A stretch of DNA of 61,084 nucleotides from Minisyncoccota bacterium (GCA_029881675.1 JAOUMD010000003.1:1-61084), one strand, 5' to 3'. Shown: positions 8,800 to 18,939, numbered from the stretch's first letter. Notes: generated by a model not told the origin, from the letters alone. A program made the numbers and translations.

Positions 8800-9378
8800 A
8801 TGAAAAAAATTATTCTTGCTTCTGGTTCTAAACAAAGAAGACTTCTCTTTGAAACTCTTGGTTTAGAGTTTGAGATTATTCCTGCTGATATTGATGAGAA
8901 AGCAGTTGCTTTTGATGATCTTAAATCTAGGGCTGAGAATATAGCCAGAGCCAAGGCAGAGGAAGTTGCTAAAAATAACCCAGAAGCCATTATCATTGCT
9001 GCTGATACATATGTAGTTAAAGATGGTAAAGCCTTGGAGAAACCAAGAGACTTAGATGAAGCAGAAGCGATGATTAAAGATCTATCTGGGGATCAATCTG
9101 TGGCTTATTCTGGTTACTGCTATATAGACAAAGAAGCTAATATCGATGAGTCTGGTGTAGCAGAAACTGTCACCAAGTTTAGAAGATTATCCCCTGAGTT
9201 TATTCAGCACTACGTAAACAATAATCCAGTCAAAGATTGGTCTGCTTCTTTCTCCCCTGCCTACCATGAGGGTATGGCATTGGTGGATAGTATTGAGGGT
9301 TCTTTTACCAGTTTTACTCATGGTTTACCCTTAGAAATTATTGTGCCGTTACTTCAAAAGTCAGGGGTTAAGATTTAA
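8800..9378 (+). CDS. maf: Maf-like nucleoside triphosphate pyrophosphatase
   Basis: ILASGSKQRRLLFETLGLEFEIIPADIDE is the typical Maf N-terminus. Confidence 0.85.
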   Translation: MKKIILASGSKQRRLLFETLGLEFEIIPADIDEKAVAFDDLKSRAENIARAKAEEVAKNNPEAIIIAADTYVVKDGKALEKPRDLDEAEAMIKDLSGDQSVAYSGYCYIDKEANIDESGVAETVTKFRRLSPEFIQHYVNNNPVKDWSASFSPAYHEGMALVDSIEGSFTSFTHGLPLEIIVPLLQKSGVKI

Positions 9379-9418
9379 TTCTACTTGACTAATTATATAT
9401 TTATCCTGTCCCATAGTA

Positions 9419-9447
9419 TTGACATAACTATATCAAAGTGTTATAAT
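9419..9447 (+). promoter_or_regulatory. consensus sigma70-type promoter
   Basis: TTGACA (9419-9424), a 17-nt spacer, then TATAAT (9442-9447). Confidence 0.7.
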
Positions 9448-9508
9448 TAAACATTCTTTTATACACACATGCTGTGTAGAAAAAGGAGCACATTAATATT
9501 TGAATTTC

Positions 9509-9570
9509 GTACTATAAGGATGGATTTAGTATTTCAGTTGTTTGGAAAATTAAATCCATTCTTATAGTGC
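9509..9570 (+). promoter_or_regulatory. long 5'-leader hairpin
   Basis: 9511-9527 (ACTATAAGGATGGATTT) pairs with 9552-9568 (AAATCCATTCTTATAGT): 17 bp with one G-U, extendable. 22-nt loop. It lies between the consensus promoter and the 9627 start. Confidence 0.6.
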
Positions 9571-9626
9571 AAGGAAATGGGACTAATCATTGATTAGGGC
9601 AATTTATCGCACATCATACTTTAAAT

Positions 9627-10508
9627 ATGGAGTCTGACATGAATAAGCAAGATGTAGTAGAAACAGAAAAAGTTTCAGTTGATGGAACTGAAGGTAATAT
9701 CATGAAGAACTTGTGGGCATCCATTATGGAAAGCCGTGAAAGCGTGCTGGCTATTTTGGGAGTGTTTGCGTTTGTGTTCTTTAATGCAGTTGCAAAAACA
9801 TATGATCCGCAAGCAATTGAGGGTATTAAAATCGTCGTCATGTCTGGCGGTGTTTTAGCTCTTACTCTAGATGCTTTACGTCGTATACGAGTTAATGGAT
9901 TTATCTGGGAACTCGTTGAAATGGGAGCACTGGTCGTGATGCTTGTAGTATTTGGTTTAGTTTTTCACTTCTTAGCACCTGCTTTTTATGCTGGTAGCTA
10001 TCACTTTTTGATTGAAGCAATTGCCTTTGTTTTTGGTTTAATCTTCATCACAAAAGTGGCTCGTCGTGGAGAACTTGACTATACACCAGTCGTTGGATAT
10101 TTGATTGGTACTGTAATAATTGTCAATCTGGTTCAACATTCATGGGCAATGACCCTGCCATTGATTTTGGCAGTAATTGTTCAAGGAATGGAACTCTGGC
10201 GTGATCGTAACTGGCAAGCAATTCCAGTTGCTATCGTTGGTATTCCTTTCATGCTGGTTATGAATAGCTGGACAGGTGCCATTGTCGGAATTATCGTTGC
10301 AGGTTTTATTGCACCGACGGTTCTGGGATGGATTAGCAATAAGTGGGACTTCTTTACACCATTTGTAAATAAAATGGTTCACTTTGGTATTCAAGACACT
10401 AAGACCGAAGAAGAAGTTCAACTCGTTAGCCTCTATTTCTCGATTGAAGGGATCATGACATACACAATTTTAACCAGTGTATTCTGCTACCTGATTTCGA
10501 TTTTATAG
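9627..10508 (+). CDS. hypothetical polytopic membrane protein (G+C-richer gene)
   Basis: Multiple hydrophobic helices with no recognised family. A hand count of line 10141-10200 gives 28/60 G+C, well above neighbouring genes. Confidence 0.55.
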   Translation: MESDMNKQDVVETEKVSVDGTEGNIMKNLWASIMESRESVLAILGVFAFVFFNAVAKTYDPQAIEGIKIVVMSGGVLALTLDALRRIRVNGFIWELVEMGALVVMLVVFGLVFHFLAPAFYAGSYHFLIEAIAFVFGLIFITKVARRGELDYTPVVGYLIGTVIIVNLVQHSWAMTLPLILAVIVQGMELWRDRNWQAIPVAIVGIPFMLVMNSWTGAIVGIIVAGFIAPTVLGWISNKWDFFTPFVNKMVHFGIQDTKTEEEVQLVSLYFSIEGIMTYTILTSVFCYLISIL

Positions 10509-10540
10509 TCGCATTCCAGCGAAATTCAATTTTCACCTAA

Positions 10541-10570
10541 CAAGGCCACCTTCTAAAGTGGTCTTGTTTT
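10541..10570 (+). terminator. intrinsic terminator
   Basis: Stem CAAGGCCAC/GTGGTCTTG (one G-U) with an 8-nt loop, followed by TTTT. Confidence 0.65.
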
Positions 10571-10599
10571 GCATTTATAGACCTTTTTATGGTCTTTTT

Positions 10600-11010
10600 T
10601 TATAGATACTCTTTATATTCAGCAAAGCTACTTTGGTGATCTTGCCCAGGCATTTCATACTGATGCTTTACAGCACAGCTATATGTTTCTGTTTGGTTAA
10701 CTAGTGCTTTAAACCAAGCCACTATGCCATTAGCATAGCCACAATAAATACAACTTATTTTTTGTCCAATACTAAGTTTAGATAGGTTCCATCTATCAAA
10801 GTTCAAATAATTGCTTCTCTTTATTTTAGGAATACCTTGGATAGTAAAATATATTTCTTGGTAAATAGTGGCGTAAATATCAACAATAATAATTGGAATG
10901 ATTGCAGACCAAATCATTGAGGTTCCAATTAATTTAAATAGTAGGTTTTTTTCTTTGAGTTTCTTACCTTTTTCGATGACGAGTAATTTCATATATATCA
11001 ATATACACAT
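10600..11010 (-). CDS. hypothetical membrane protein with conserved Cys pair
   Basis: One TM helix (MIWSAIIPIIIVDIYATIY) and a CIYCGY motif, downstream of copA. The start may instead be at 10992 (MKLLV). Confidence 0.4.
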   Translation of the reverse strand: MCILIYMKLLVIEKGKKLKEKNLLFKLIGTSMIWSAIIPIIIVDIYATIYQEIYFTIQGIPKIKRSNYLNFDRWNLSKLSIGQKISCIYCGYANGIVAWFKALVNQTETYSCAVKHQYEMPGQDHQSSFAEYKEYL

Positions 11011-11032
11011 TACTAGAGTAATCTGGCAAGAA

Positions 11033-13306
11033 TTACTTCGTTTTATAAAACTTCATTGTCAAACTATTTGTTACAACACTGACAGATGAAAAGGCCATTG
11101 CGAGTGCTGCTACTGCAGGATTAAGTAGTATTCCAGTAAATGGGAATAAGACTCCGGCTGCAATTGGAATCCCGACAGTGTTATAGAAGAATGCCCAGAA
11201 GAGATTTTGTTTTATTTTATTTAATGAGTAGTGGCTAATATCTATAGCATTGATAACACTATTTAGATTGTTTTTAATAAGTACTATATCCCCTGTTTCC
11301 ATAGCAATATCTGTTCCAGAAGCCATGGCAATACCTAGGTCGGACTGAGCTATCGCTGGAGCATCATTGATACCATCTCCAACCATTGCTACCTTGCCTT
11401 CTTTGGCTTGTAACTCTTTAATTTTTTCTGCCTTTTGATGAGGTAGGACTTCACTGAGTAAACCATCTAAGTTGAGGTCTTTTGCAATAGCCTGAGCTAC
11501 TCTTTGATTATCACCAGTTAACATCCAAACTTGTTTACCCATCTTTTTAAGCTTTGCGATTGCTTGTGGTGTTTCTTTTTTCAATACATCTGCAATTGCA
11601 ATGAAACCAATTATCTTTTTATCTGAAGCTAGAATTACTGTAGTTTTACCCTCATTTTCTAACTTTTTGATTTGTTCTTCATGTTTCTCAAACTTAATTT
11701 TATTGTCAGTCATCATTGATCTATTTCCAAGAAGAAGAGTTTTATTATTTAGTTTTGCAGTGACACCTTGTCCAGCGAGGTTTTCAAATTTAGTAGTACT
11801 TTTTAGTTTAATCTTTTTCTCTTTGGCTGCATTTACAACAGCTTCAGCTAAAGGATGTTCTGAGTGTTGTTCAATACTGGCTGCAATTCCTAAAACAGTC
11901 TTTTCATCAGCTTCAATAGCAATTACATCAGTCACTTCAGGTTCTCCAACAGTCAGAGTTCCTGTTTTATCAAAGACAAAGACATCTATCTTATTTGCTG
12001 TTTCTAAGGCTTTTGAGTTTTTCATCAGAATCCCATGCTGGGCAGCAAGTCCGGTTCCCATCATTACAGCGGTAGGTGTCGCTAGCCCTAGTGAACAAGG
12101 ACAAGCAATAATCAGGACGGCGACAAAGACAGTTAGTGCGAAAACAAATGACTGTCCTAATGCTAACCAGATAAAGAAGGTCACGATAGCAATAACAAAG
12201 ACTCCAGGGACAAAATAGAAACTAACTCTATCAGCAAGCAGTTGAATCGGAGCTTTAGAACCAATCGCTTCTTCAACCGTTTTGACAATTTGAGAAAGCA
12301 TTGTATCTTCACCAACCTTGAGGGCTTTAATTTTTATCATGCCTGTCTTATTTATTGTGGCACCAATGACCATTTCTCCAATCTTTTTTTCTACAGGGAT
12401 ACTTTCTCCTGTGAGCATTTTTTCATCTATTGTTGAGTGACCTTCGATAATCTCACCATCAGTTGGGATTTTTCCACCTGGTTTGATTTTGATAATGTCT
12501 CCAACTACTAGCTTTTCAATTGGGGTAACAATTTCTAAGTCACCTTTTATTACCAATGCAGTTTTTGCTTGAAGGCCAATTAACTTCTTAATTGCCTGAC
12601 TAGTTCTACCTTTAGTAAGTTCTTCTAGATATTTTCCAAGAGAGATAAAGACTAAGATTAAACCGGCACTCTCAAAGTAAACATGCTCCATTGAAGCTTG
12701 GGCTGGGTTATTAAGCATGTTAAAGAAAATTACAATAGACTAAGCATATGCAGCCAGTGTTCCAGTCGCTATTAATGAATCCATGTTTGGATTCTTGGCG
12801 ATTAGTTTTTTTACACCAGAGACATAAATAGGTTTATTGACGAACATAATTATGCTTGCCAAGATAAATTGAATTGTTAAGTTAGCAACATAAGACAAAC
12901 TAGGCTGAGGAAGACCCATCATTTCCCCCATGGAAATATAGAATAATGGCAGACCAAAAATAACAGACCAGATAAAAGTCTTTTTAACTGTTTTTAGATA
13001 TTCTTCTTGTGGGTTGATTGAAACAGAGTCATGATCATGTTCTCCCCCTTCGTGCATTTCTCCATCTTTGCCTTTGTGATCCATTTTTTTATTAGCACTA
13101 ATTGCTCCATAACCTTGCTTGGTGATGGTATCAACAAGATCTTTTTCTGAAACAAGATCTTCATCAAATATAATCTGAGCTTTATTATTTGCATAATTTA
13201 CATTTGCAGTAGAGACACCTTTTTTCTTACTGAGACTTCGTTCAATTAGAGTAGAACAAGAAGCACAGTGCATACCTGTAATTTGGAGAGATGTTTTTTT
13301 TGTCAT
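11033..13306 (-). pseudogene. copA: copper-translocating P1B-type ATPase interrupted by a single in-frame TAG
   Basis: ORF 12740..13306 carries the HMA domain (GMHCASC) and first TM region. ORF 11033..12718 carries TGES, CPC (ACPCSLGLATP), DKTGTLT and GDGINDAP. Both are in the same frame, separated only by TAG (12742-12740) plus 7 sense codons (SIVIFFN). Confidence 0.85.
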
Positions 13307-13378
13307 AAAGATATATTCGATATTTGATATATGTTATTTTTATTTATATTTCAATTATTATTTAATTGTTTAATTAAT

Positions 13379-14794
13379 TTATTTTACTACTTCGATGATT
13401 CCAGTTGCCATACCCATCCAACAACTGAAGCGATATTTACCTGGTTTTGTGGCCGTAAACTGTTTGGTGACAGTTTGACCTGGAACTAGTTTGATTTGAC
13501 CAGAGAATAAGTCACGTGCAATGACAGCATTGGTACAACCGCTTGCTCCATTGTCTGTGATTCTCCACTCTACTGGTACTCCAGCTTTTACTTGGAAATA
13601 GTTTGGAGTGTATTCTAGACCGCTAGCAGACATTTCAATAATTTGAAGATTTCCTTTTTGATCTGCTAATCCTGCCTCAGTGTTTTGTGTAGCAATGAAG
13701 TAACTAGAAAAGTTAGGAAGTCCAAGAACATTTAATGCAGAATTAATATTAAATATGGCAAAAGCAATGATAAGGAAGCCTGCAACTTGGGAGAACATTC
13801 TAGTGATGTGAGGTTTTTGATTGAACATCAAACTAGAAAGTCCAATAAAGAAAAGAATAGGAGTTGTTCCAAGTACGAAGGCAGTCATAATCATGGCTCC
13901 TTTAATTGGATCTCCAGAAAGTAAAGCTAAACCTTGGGTAGTAATTGTAAAACCACAAGGAAGGAAAACCGTTCCTGCTCCCATTAACGCAGGCATATAT
14001 TTACCTGAGAAGTTTTTTTCATTTGCAATAGATCTAGTCAAAAATTTTGGAGCAGTAAAACTGAACTTTTGCGCCCAACTCACTCCTAACATTTGAAGTG
14101 ACATAACAAACATTAGAATTGAAACAAGGATCATTAGGATTGCAGAAAAGTCTAGTGAAACTTGAAAAACATTACCTAAAGAACCAAGTAAAAAACCAAA
14201 TAGAGCGTAAGCTACAACTCTTCCTACATTAAAAAGAATATGTGGCTCTAGCTTATTTATTAAAGATTCTTTAGTTGTATATAAACTAGCCCATTGTTTA
14301 GACATTGAAAGAACAATCCCACCGACTAAAGCAGAGCAAGTAGAAAATCCAGCAATTACTCCAAAAATAAGGAACGCAAAAACTGATGATTCTGCATTAA
14401 CACTTAATTGAGCCATGCCGGAATCAGAAAATTTTAGGAATGCTCCAAAGATAACTACAACGATGGCTAGTGATGGTAGTATTTTTCCTATTCTGGCGAA
14501 GTTCCAAATAATTTCTCCATCTTCACCCATTTTTACATATGGTTCTTCAGTTGTTCTTTTTTCACCTTTATTATTTGAAAAGAAATAATTATCTTTTTCA
14601 AACATTTTGTTTAGTTTTCCAACGCTGGGAGCTTTACCAGTAAATTCAATCAAAACAGAATCATCTTTTTGTGAGACTTCAACTGATTTAATATTTTTCT
14701 TTTCTAGTAATTCATTTTCAATTAACAACTCACAAGATGCACAGTGCATTCCAGACACATAATATTGTTTTTCTTTTAGGTTTTGTTTTGGCAT
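13379..14794 (-). CDS. HMA domain - polytopic permease (DsbD_2/TauE-like) - cupredoxin-like domain fusion protein
   Basis: N-terminal GMHCASC heavy-metal-associated motif, about 8 hydrophobic helices, and a C-terminal beta-rich domain (VEWRITDNGASGCTNAV...YRFSCWMGM) resembling a cupredoxin fold. Confidence 0.6.
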   Translation of the reverse strand: MPKQNLKEKQYYVSGMHCASCELLIENELLEKKNIKSVEVSQKDDSVLIEFTGKAPSVGKLNKMFEKDNYFFSNNKGEKRTTEEPYVKMGEDGEIIWNFARIGKILPSLAIVVVIFGAFLKFSDSGMAQLSVNAESSVFAFLIFGVIAGFSTCSALVGGIVLSMSKQWASLYTTKESLINKLEPHILFNVGRVVAYALFGFLLGSLGNVFQVSLDFSAILMILVSILMFVMSLQMLGVSWAQKFSFTAPKFLTRSIANEKNFSGKYMPALMGAGTVFLPCGFTITTQGLALLSGDPIKGAMIMTAFVLGTTPILFFIGLSSLMFNQKPHITRMFSQVAGFLIIAFAIFNINSALNVLGLPNFSSYFIATQNTEAGLADQKGNLQIIEMSASGLEYTPNYFQVKAGVPVEWRITDNGASGCTNAVIARDLFSGQIKLVPGQTVTKQFTATKPGKYRFSCWMGMATGIIEVVK

Positions 14795-14809
14795 AAATAT
14801 TAGTGATAT

Positions 14810-15292
14810 CTATTTAATATATTTATCTGGTCCTTTGGTAAATTTTTCTAGACAGCCTGAGGCGCAGAAAAAATAATTGTTATTTTGATAAGTAGTAGCA
14901 TAACTGGCTAGTTTTGGAGAAACTCTCATTTGGCAAACTGGGTCATGTGCTAGGGGTAAGAATTTCTCAATATCTTTGCTGAGTTCCTTTGCAAGTTTTA
15001 TATCTTTTGCTTCTTCTATTAAAACCTCTCTGATTAAATCACTGGCCTTAATAAAATTGGGATGTGATATCTGATAGAAAACTTCTTTACCTTCTTTCTT
15101 TGTAGTGACAATTTTATATTTTCTAAGGACTGATAAATGTTGACTGAGGTTAGACTGAGGAAGGTCTAGCATCTCTTCCATTTGTTGAACATTGAGAGTT
15201 TGCTCTCTGAGAAGATTAACTATTTCCAACCTTTTTGGATTAGCTAATGCTTTAAGTGTGTCTGCGTGTAATTTAAAAATTTGTGAATACAT
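14810..15292 (-). CDS. ArsR/SmtB-family metalloregulator fused to a YHS/TRASH metal-binding domain
   Basis: Winged-helix region (LKALANPKRLEIVNLL...QSNLSQHLSVLRK). C-terminal DPVCQM...YFFCASGC is typical of YHS. Confidence 0.75.
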   Translation of the reverse strand: MYSQIFKLHADTLKALANPKRLEIVNLLREQTLNVQQMEEMLDLPQSNLSQHLSVLRKYKIVTTKKEGKEVFYQISHPNFIKASDLIREVLIEEAKDIKLAKELSKDIEKFLPLAHDPVCQMRVSPKLASYATTYQNNNYFFCASGCLEKFTKGPDKYIK

Positions 15293-15296
15293 ATGC

Positions 15297-15313
15297 GATA
15301 TATTGAATATATC
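15297..15313. promoter_or_regulatory. candidate ArsR-type operator (perfect 7-3-7 palindrome)
   Basis: GATATAT-TGA-ATATATC lies immediately upstream of the arsR-like start. GATATAT also occurs twice at 13310-13332, upstream of copA. Confidence 0.35.
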
Positions 15314-15435
15314 TTTTATGAAAACTAATTACAACTAGTAATATTATCCTGAGGTAAAAATATAATTTTCTTTTGCATCTGGTGTTTTAACCTTCCAACA
15401 GGTAAAATCCCCTAGTTAACAATAGTTTTTAATTA

Positions 15436-16269
15436 GTGACTGATTTTATAATCACATTCAGAGAAACTTTAGAAGCCTCTTTAATAGTAGGCATTGTTTT
15501 AGCATACCTTTCCCAAACAAATCGCAGAGTTTACAACCATATTATCTATCTAGCTGTATTTGGTGCTGTTATTGCAAGTCTGATTACTGCTTGGATATTT
15601 AACACCTTTTTAGGTGGATTTACTGGAGCAGCTGAAGAAATATTTGAAGGCATAGCGATGTTAATTGCATCAGTTATGGTTTCTACAATTGTGCTTTGGA
15701 TGATGAAGCAAGGTAATAAAGGACAAGAGTTAAAAGACCAAGTTGATCATTCATTATCGCGTGGGCAAGAAATTGGTTTATTCACTTTAGTATTTTTATC
15801 TGTATTCAGAGAAGGTGTAGAGACTGTTATCTTCTTAGCAGCCAGTAGTTTAAGTGGTGAAAATAATTTAATGATGGCTGGTTTAGGAGTAGCTGCTGCA
15901 ATTTCAATTGGGTTAATGATTTTTAAACTTGGTATTAAAGTTAGTTTAAAACCATTCTTTATTATCACCAGTGCATTCTTAATTCTGTTTGGTGCCGGTC
16001 TTTTTGCCCATGGTGTTCATGAATTACAGGAAGCGCATATTGTTCCTACAATAATTGAGCATGTTTGGGACATTAATCATATCTTTAATGAAAAAGGACA
16101 GGCTGGAGTATTTGCCAAACATTTATTTGGATATAACGGCAACCCCTCATTGATTGAGGTTGGTTCATATATACTATATTTAAATACTATTTATTGGCTT
16201 TATATATTTACAAATACCCATAAGGGCACAAGTAAAAAGCAGAAAGAAATAAAAAATGAAAAAAAATAA
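15436..16269 (+). CDS. FTR1/EfeU-family high-affinity iron permease
   Basis: Two REXXE motifs (FRETLEA, FREGVET) within a polytopic membrane protein. Confidence 0.8.
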   Translation: MTDFIITFRETLEASLIVGIVLAYLSQTNRRVYNHIIYLAVFGAVIASLITAWIFNTFLGGFTGAAEEIFEGIAMLIASVMVSTIVLWMMKQGNKGQELKDQVDHSLSRGQEIGLFTLVFLSVFREGVETVIFLAASSLSGENNLMMAGLGVAAAISIGLMIFKLGIKVSLKPFFIITSAFLILFGAGLFAHGVHELQEAHIVPTIIEHVWDINHIFNEKGQAGVFAKHLFGYNGNPSLIEVGSYILYLNTIYWLYIFTNTHKGTSKKQKEIKNEKK

Positions 16270-17077
16270 AACTCTTTTACATGTAGTTTGTGACTATGTT
16301 TCTGGTGGAATGGAATTTGGTGAAATTGATACCAGACTTCATAACACTTTAGAAAATCCAGAACAGGTATTGATTCATGATACTTCTGTTCCCTCCTTAG
16401 ATACGATTGCAGTTGGGTTTGTAACAGCTCAATATGCCTTATCTGAATATAATGGCAGAATGGTTGTTTATGGTAATGCAGCTCCAAGAAGAGGTTCTAC
16501 AAAAGCTACCAAGACCAATATGGATCATGGGATTAAATATGCCAAGTTAAAAAATGGTGTAGAAGTAATTAATGTTAATTCAGAATTTGCTTTTGGTTTT
16601 ATGAAAGACCAAATTGTAGAGTTTAGAAATATTGATTGTCCAAACAGTGGTTCACAATTTAGATCTAGAGACTTCTTCCCAGAGAGAGTTGCTAAGATTG
16701 TTAATGAAGATAGATCTGTTCTTTCTGAAGAATTAAATATAGATGATATTCCTGAAATTCCAAATAATTTAGTGTCATGGACAGACGGTTTTGGAAATAT
16801 TAAAACAACCATGAGAAAATCTGATTTAGAAAAATTAGGTTTTAAACCAGGAGATAAAGTTCAAGTAATTCTTAATGGTGTTAGTGCTGTTGGAGTAATT
16901 GCAGTAGGTGGTTTCTCAGTTGATCGTGGTGTTTTAGCTATTAATATTGGTTCATCTGGTTACGAAGATCCATTTGTTGAGTTCTTCCTTAGAGTTCACC
17001 ACATTAGTGAAAAGGCAGCTGCTCCTAGATTTAATTATCCAGAAGGTGGAACTTCTTTTGAGATTAAAAAACTTTAA
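16256..17077 (+). CDS. SAM hydrolase / SAM-dependent halogenase family (DUF62)-like protein, divergent
   Basis: SQFRSRDFF and SWTDGFGNIKT resemble the STFHGRDIF and DxFGNxITN motifs of DUF62. The N-terminal motifs are weakly conserved. Confidence 0.45.
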   Translation: MKKNKTLLHVVCDYVSGGMEFGEIDTRLHNTLENPEQVLIHDTSVPSLDTIAVGFVTAQYALSEYNGRMVVYGNAAPRRGSTKATKTNMDHGIKYAKLKNGVEVINVNSEFAFGFMKDQIVEFRNIDCPNSGSQFRSRDFFPERVAKIVNEDRSVLSEELNIDDIPEIPNNLVSWTDGFGNIKTTMRKSDLEKLGFKPGDKVQVILNGVSAVGVIAVGGFSVDRGVLAINIGSSGYEDPFVEFFLRVHHISEKAAAPRFNYPEGGTSFEIKKL

Positions 17078-17116
17078 TTAAACTGATATTTAATAAAAAA
17101 ATAGATTAGAAATAAT

Positions 17117-17147
17117 AAAGGCTCTTTGATATACAAGGAGCCTTTTT
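17117..17147 (+). terminator. intrinsic terminator
   Basis: Stem GGCTCTTTG/CAAGGAGCC (one G-U) with a 5-nt loop, followed by TTTTT. Confidence 0.7.
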
Positions 17148-17212
17148 GTTTGGTTTCATTATCTTAAAATGTCTTTATACTAACACTAGTTAAAAAGTAC
17201 AAAAAAATATAT

Positions 17213-17737
17213 ATGAAGAAAACATTGTCATATTTTGCACTACTATTAGTCTCTGGATTAGTTTTTAGTGCATGTATCCCGGGGCTAAATAAAGAAAGTG
17301 ATGTAGAAGAAACTGGTGAGGTAATGGAAAAAGAAACAGGAGAAGCTATGGAAGAAAGTGGTGCAACAATGCTAAAAGAAGATGCCATGGAGTTGGGTGA
17401 GGATTATGTAAATGATACTGTGGTTGATGATTCTGAAGCTATGATGAAAAAAGAAGGTAGAGCAATTTCTATGGAGATGGGTGGGTTTTATTATGCTCCA
17501 AATGTAATTGAAGCAGAGGCTGGAGAGACTATTACTGTTACTGTAAAAAATGTCAAAGGTTTTCATGATTTTGTCATTGATGAGTTAGATGTCGCAACAG
17601 AACAGGTTAACGAAGGAGAAACAGTTACAGCAACTTTCACTATCCCTGAAGATGCTAGCGGTACAGAATATGAATTCTACTGTAGTGTAGGAAATCACAA
17701 AGCCCAAGGTATGGTTGGTACTTTGATGGTTAAATAA
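17213..17737 (+). CDS. cupredoxin (plastocyanin/azurin-like type-1 copper) lipoprotein
   Basis: Lipobox LLVSGLVFSAC. Copper ligand pattern H...CSVGNHKAQGM (C-x4-H-x4-M). Confidence 0.75.
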   Translation: MKKTLSYFALLLVSGLVFSACIPGLNKESDVEETGEVMEKETGEAMEESGATMLKEDAMELGEDYVNDTVVDDSEAMMKKEGRAISMEMGGFYYAPNVIEAEAGETITVTVKNVKGFHDFVIDELDVATEQVNEGETVTATFTIPEDASGTEYEFYCSVGNHKAQGMVGTLMVK

Positions 17738-17742
17738 TTAAC

Positions 17743-18939
17743 TTAGTGAGAATGAAAAGACCGTTCTTTATGAGCGGTCTTTTTTGTATCATCATGATAC
17801 TTAGTGAAGACATAAGCAGCAATTAAGGTAGCTAGTGGGGCAGCTAAGATTAACCCAATACTACCAACTAGCATCTTTACTATTTCTTCTGCTATTACTT
17901 CAAATTCTATGATATCGATAAATGTTTTTTGTGAGTCAAAGAATAATAGTAAGAGTGGTAGAGATGATCCTGCATAAACTAAAATTAAAGTATTAACCAT
18001 TGAGGCAATATGATCTTGTCCTACTTCCATCCCTTTTTTAAAAAGAGTCCAAAATTTAATTGATGGTTTTGCATGCTTAATTTGTTTAACCACTGAAGCC
18101 TGACCAATAGTAACATCATCAAGAATACCTAATGTTCCGATAATAATACCAGCAAGAAGTAAACCTTTGATATCGATTGTCCCCTGCCTTTCAATTTGTA
18201 AAAATCCAGCTTCTTCACTAGCAAAGCCTGTTAAGTGTACTTTGTCTACAAAATAGACAGCTAGGAATCCAGTGAACGATAGTGCAATTAATGTAGAAAT
18301 AACTCCTACGTGAGTTTTTTTATTTATGCCATGAGAAACATAAAAAGTACTAGGGATGATAATCATTGAACCAATAAGAGCAGCAATAACTGGATCATAG
18401 CCTTTAATTATCATTGGAATGATAATTCTAAAAATGACACCAAAAGATAACGCTAAGCCAATTAATGACATAGCTCCCCAGATTCTACCGATGATTAAAA
18501 CAGCCAAGATAAATAATATTGTCAGAACTGTTAAACCGTGTCTTTTTATTCTTCCAGCCACTACGTAAACATCATTGTTTTCAAAATCTTTACCACTGTA
18601 AATTTTTAATTTATCGTTAACCTTGTAGTCTTCATATTGAGCAGTAATATCAGCAAAGGCTGATGAATTTTTGACTTCTACACTCTGCCCTGTTCTTTCT
18701 GAATTTGTAAATTGAACTTCAAGTATTTGATATGGAGCCAATTGATCAAAGGCTGTTTCTTGGCCTGTTTCTTTTATAGAGATAACTACTCCTTCAACTA
18801 TTTCTTCTTTAGGTGGTTCGATATTTATGTTCTCTTGATTGATATTATCAGTTTGTGCATAGCTTGGGGAAACTATTGTAAAAAATATGACAAAAAGTGT
18901 TGTGGTGATAAAAGTAAATTTATTTATTATAGTTTTCAT
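17743..18939 (-). CDS. YibE/F-family membrane protein
   Basis: Signal peptide plus an extracytoplasmic N-domain, then about 7 TM helices with YibE/F-like organisation. Confidence 0.55.
   Translation of the reverse strand: MKTIINKFTFITTTLFVIFFTIVSPSYAQTDNINQENINIEPPKEEIVEGVVISIKETGQETAFDQLAPYQILEVQFTNSERTGQSVEVKNSSAFADITAQYEDYKVNDKLKIYSGKDFENNDVYVVAGRIKRHGLTVLTILFILAVLIIGRIWGAMSLIGLALSFGVIFRIIIPMIIKGYDPVIAALIGSMIIIPSTFYVSHGINKKTHVGVISTLIALSFTGFLAVYFVDKVHLTGFASEEAGFLQIERQGTIDIKGLLLAGIIIGTLGILDDVTIGQASVVKQIKHAKPSIKFWTLFKKGMEVGQDHIASMVNTLILVYAGSSLPLLLLFFDSQKTFIDIIEFEVIAEEIVKMLVGSIGLILAAPLATLIAAYVFTKYHDDTKKTAHKERSFHSH

Noticed and set aside
12740-12742. The in-frame TAG in copA as evidence of stop-codon reassignment, and more generally an alternative genetic code (for example UGA=Gly as in some candidate phyla).
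   Set aside because: TAG clearly terminates several well-supported genes in this window (ends at 2355, 8778, 10508, 21417 and 41409). Long standard-code ORFs with conserved C-termini show that UGA is not read through.
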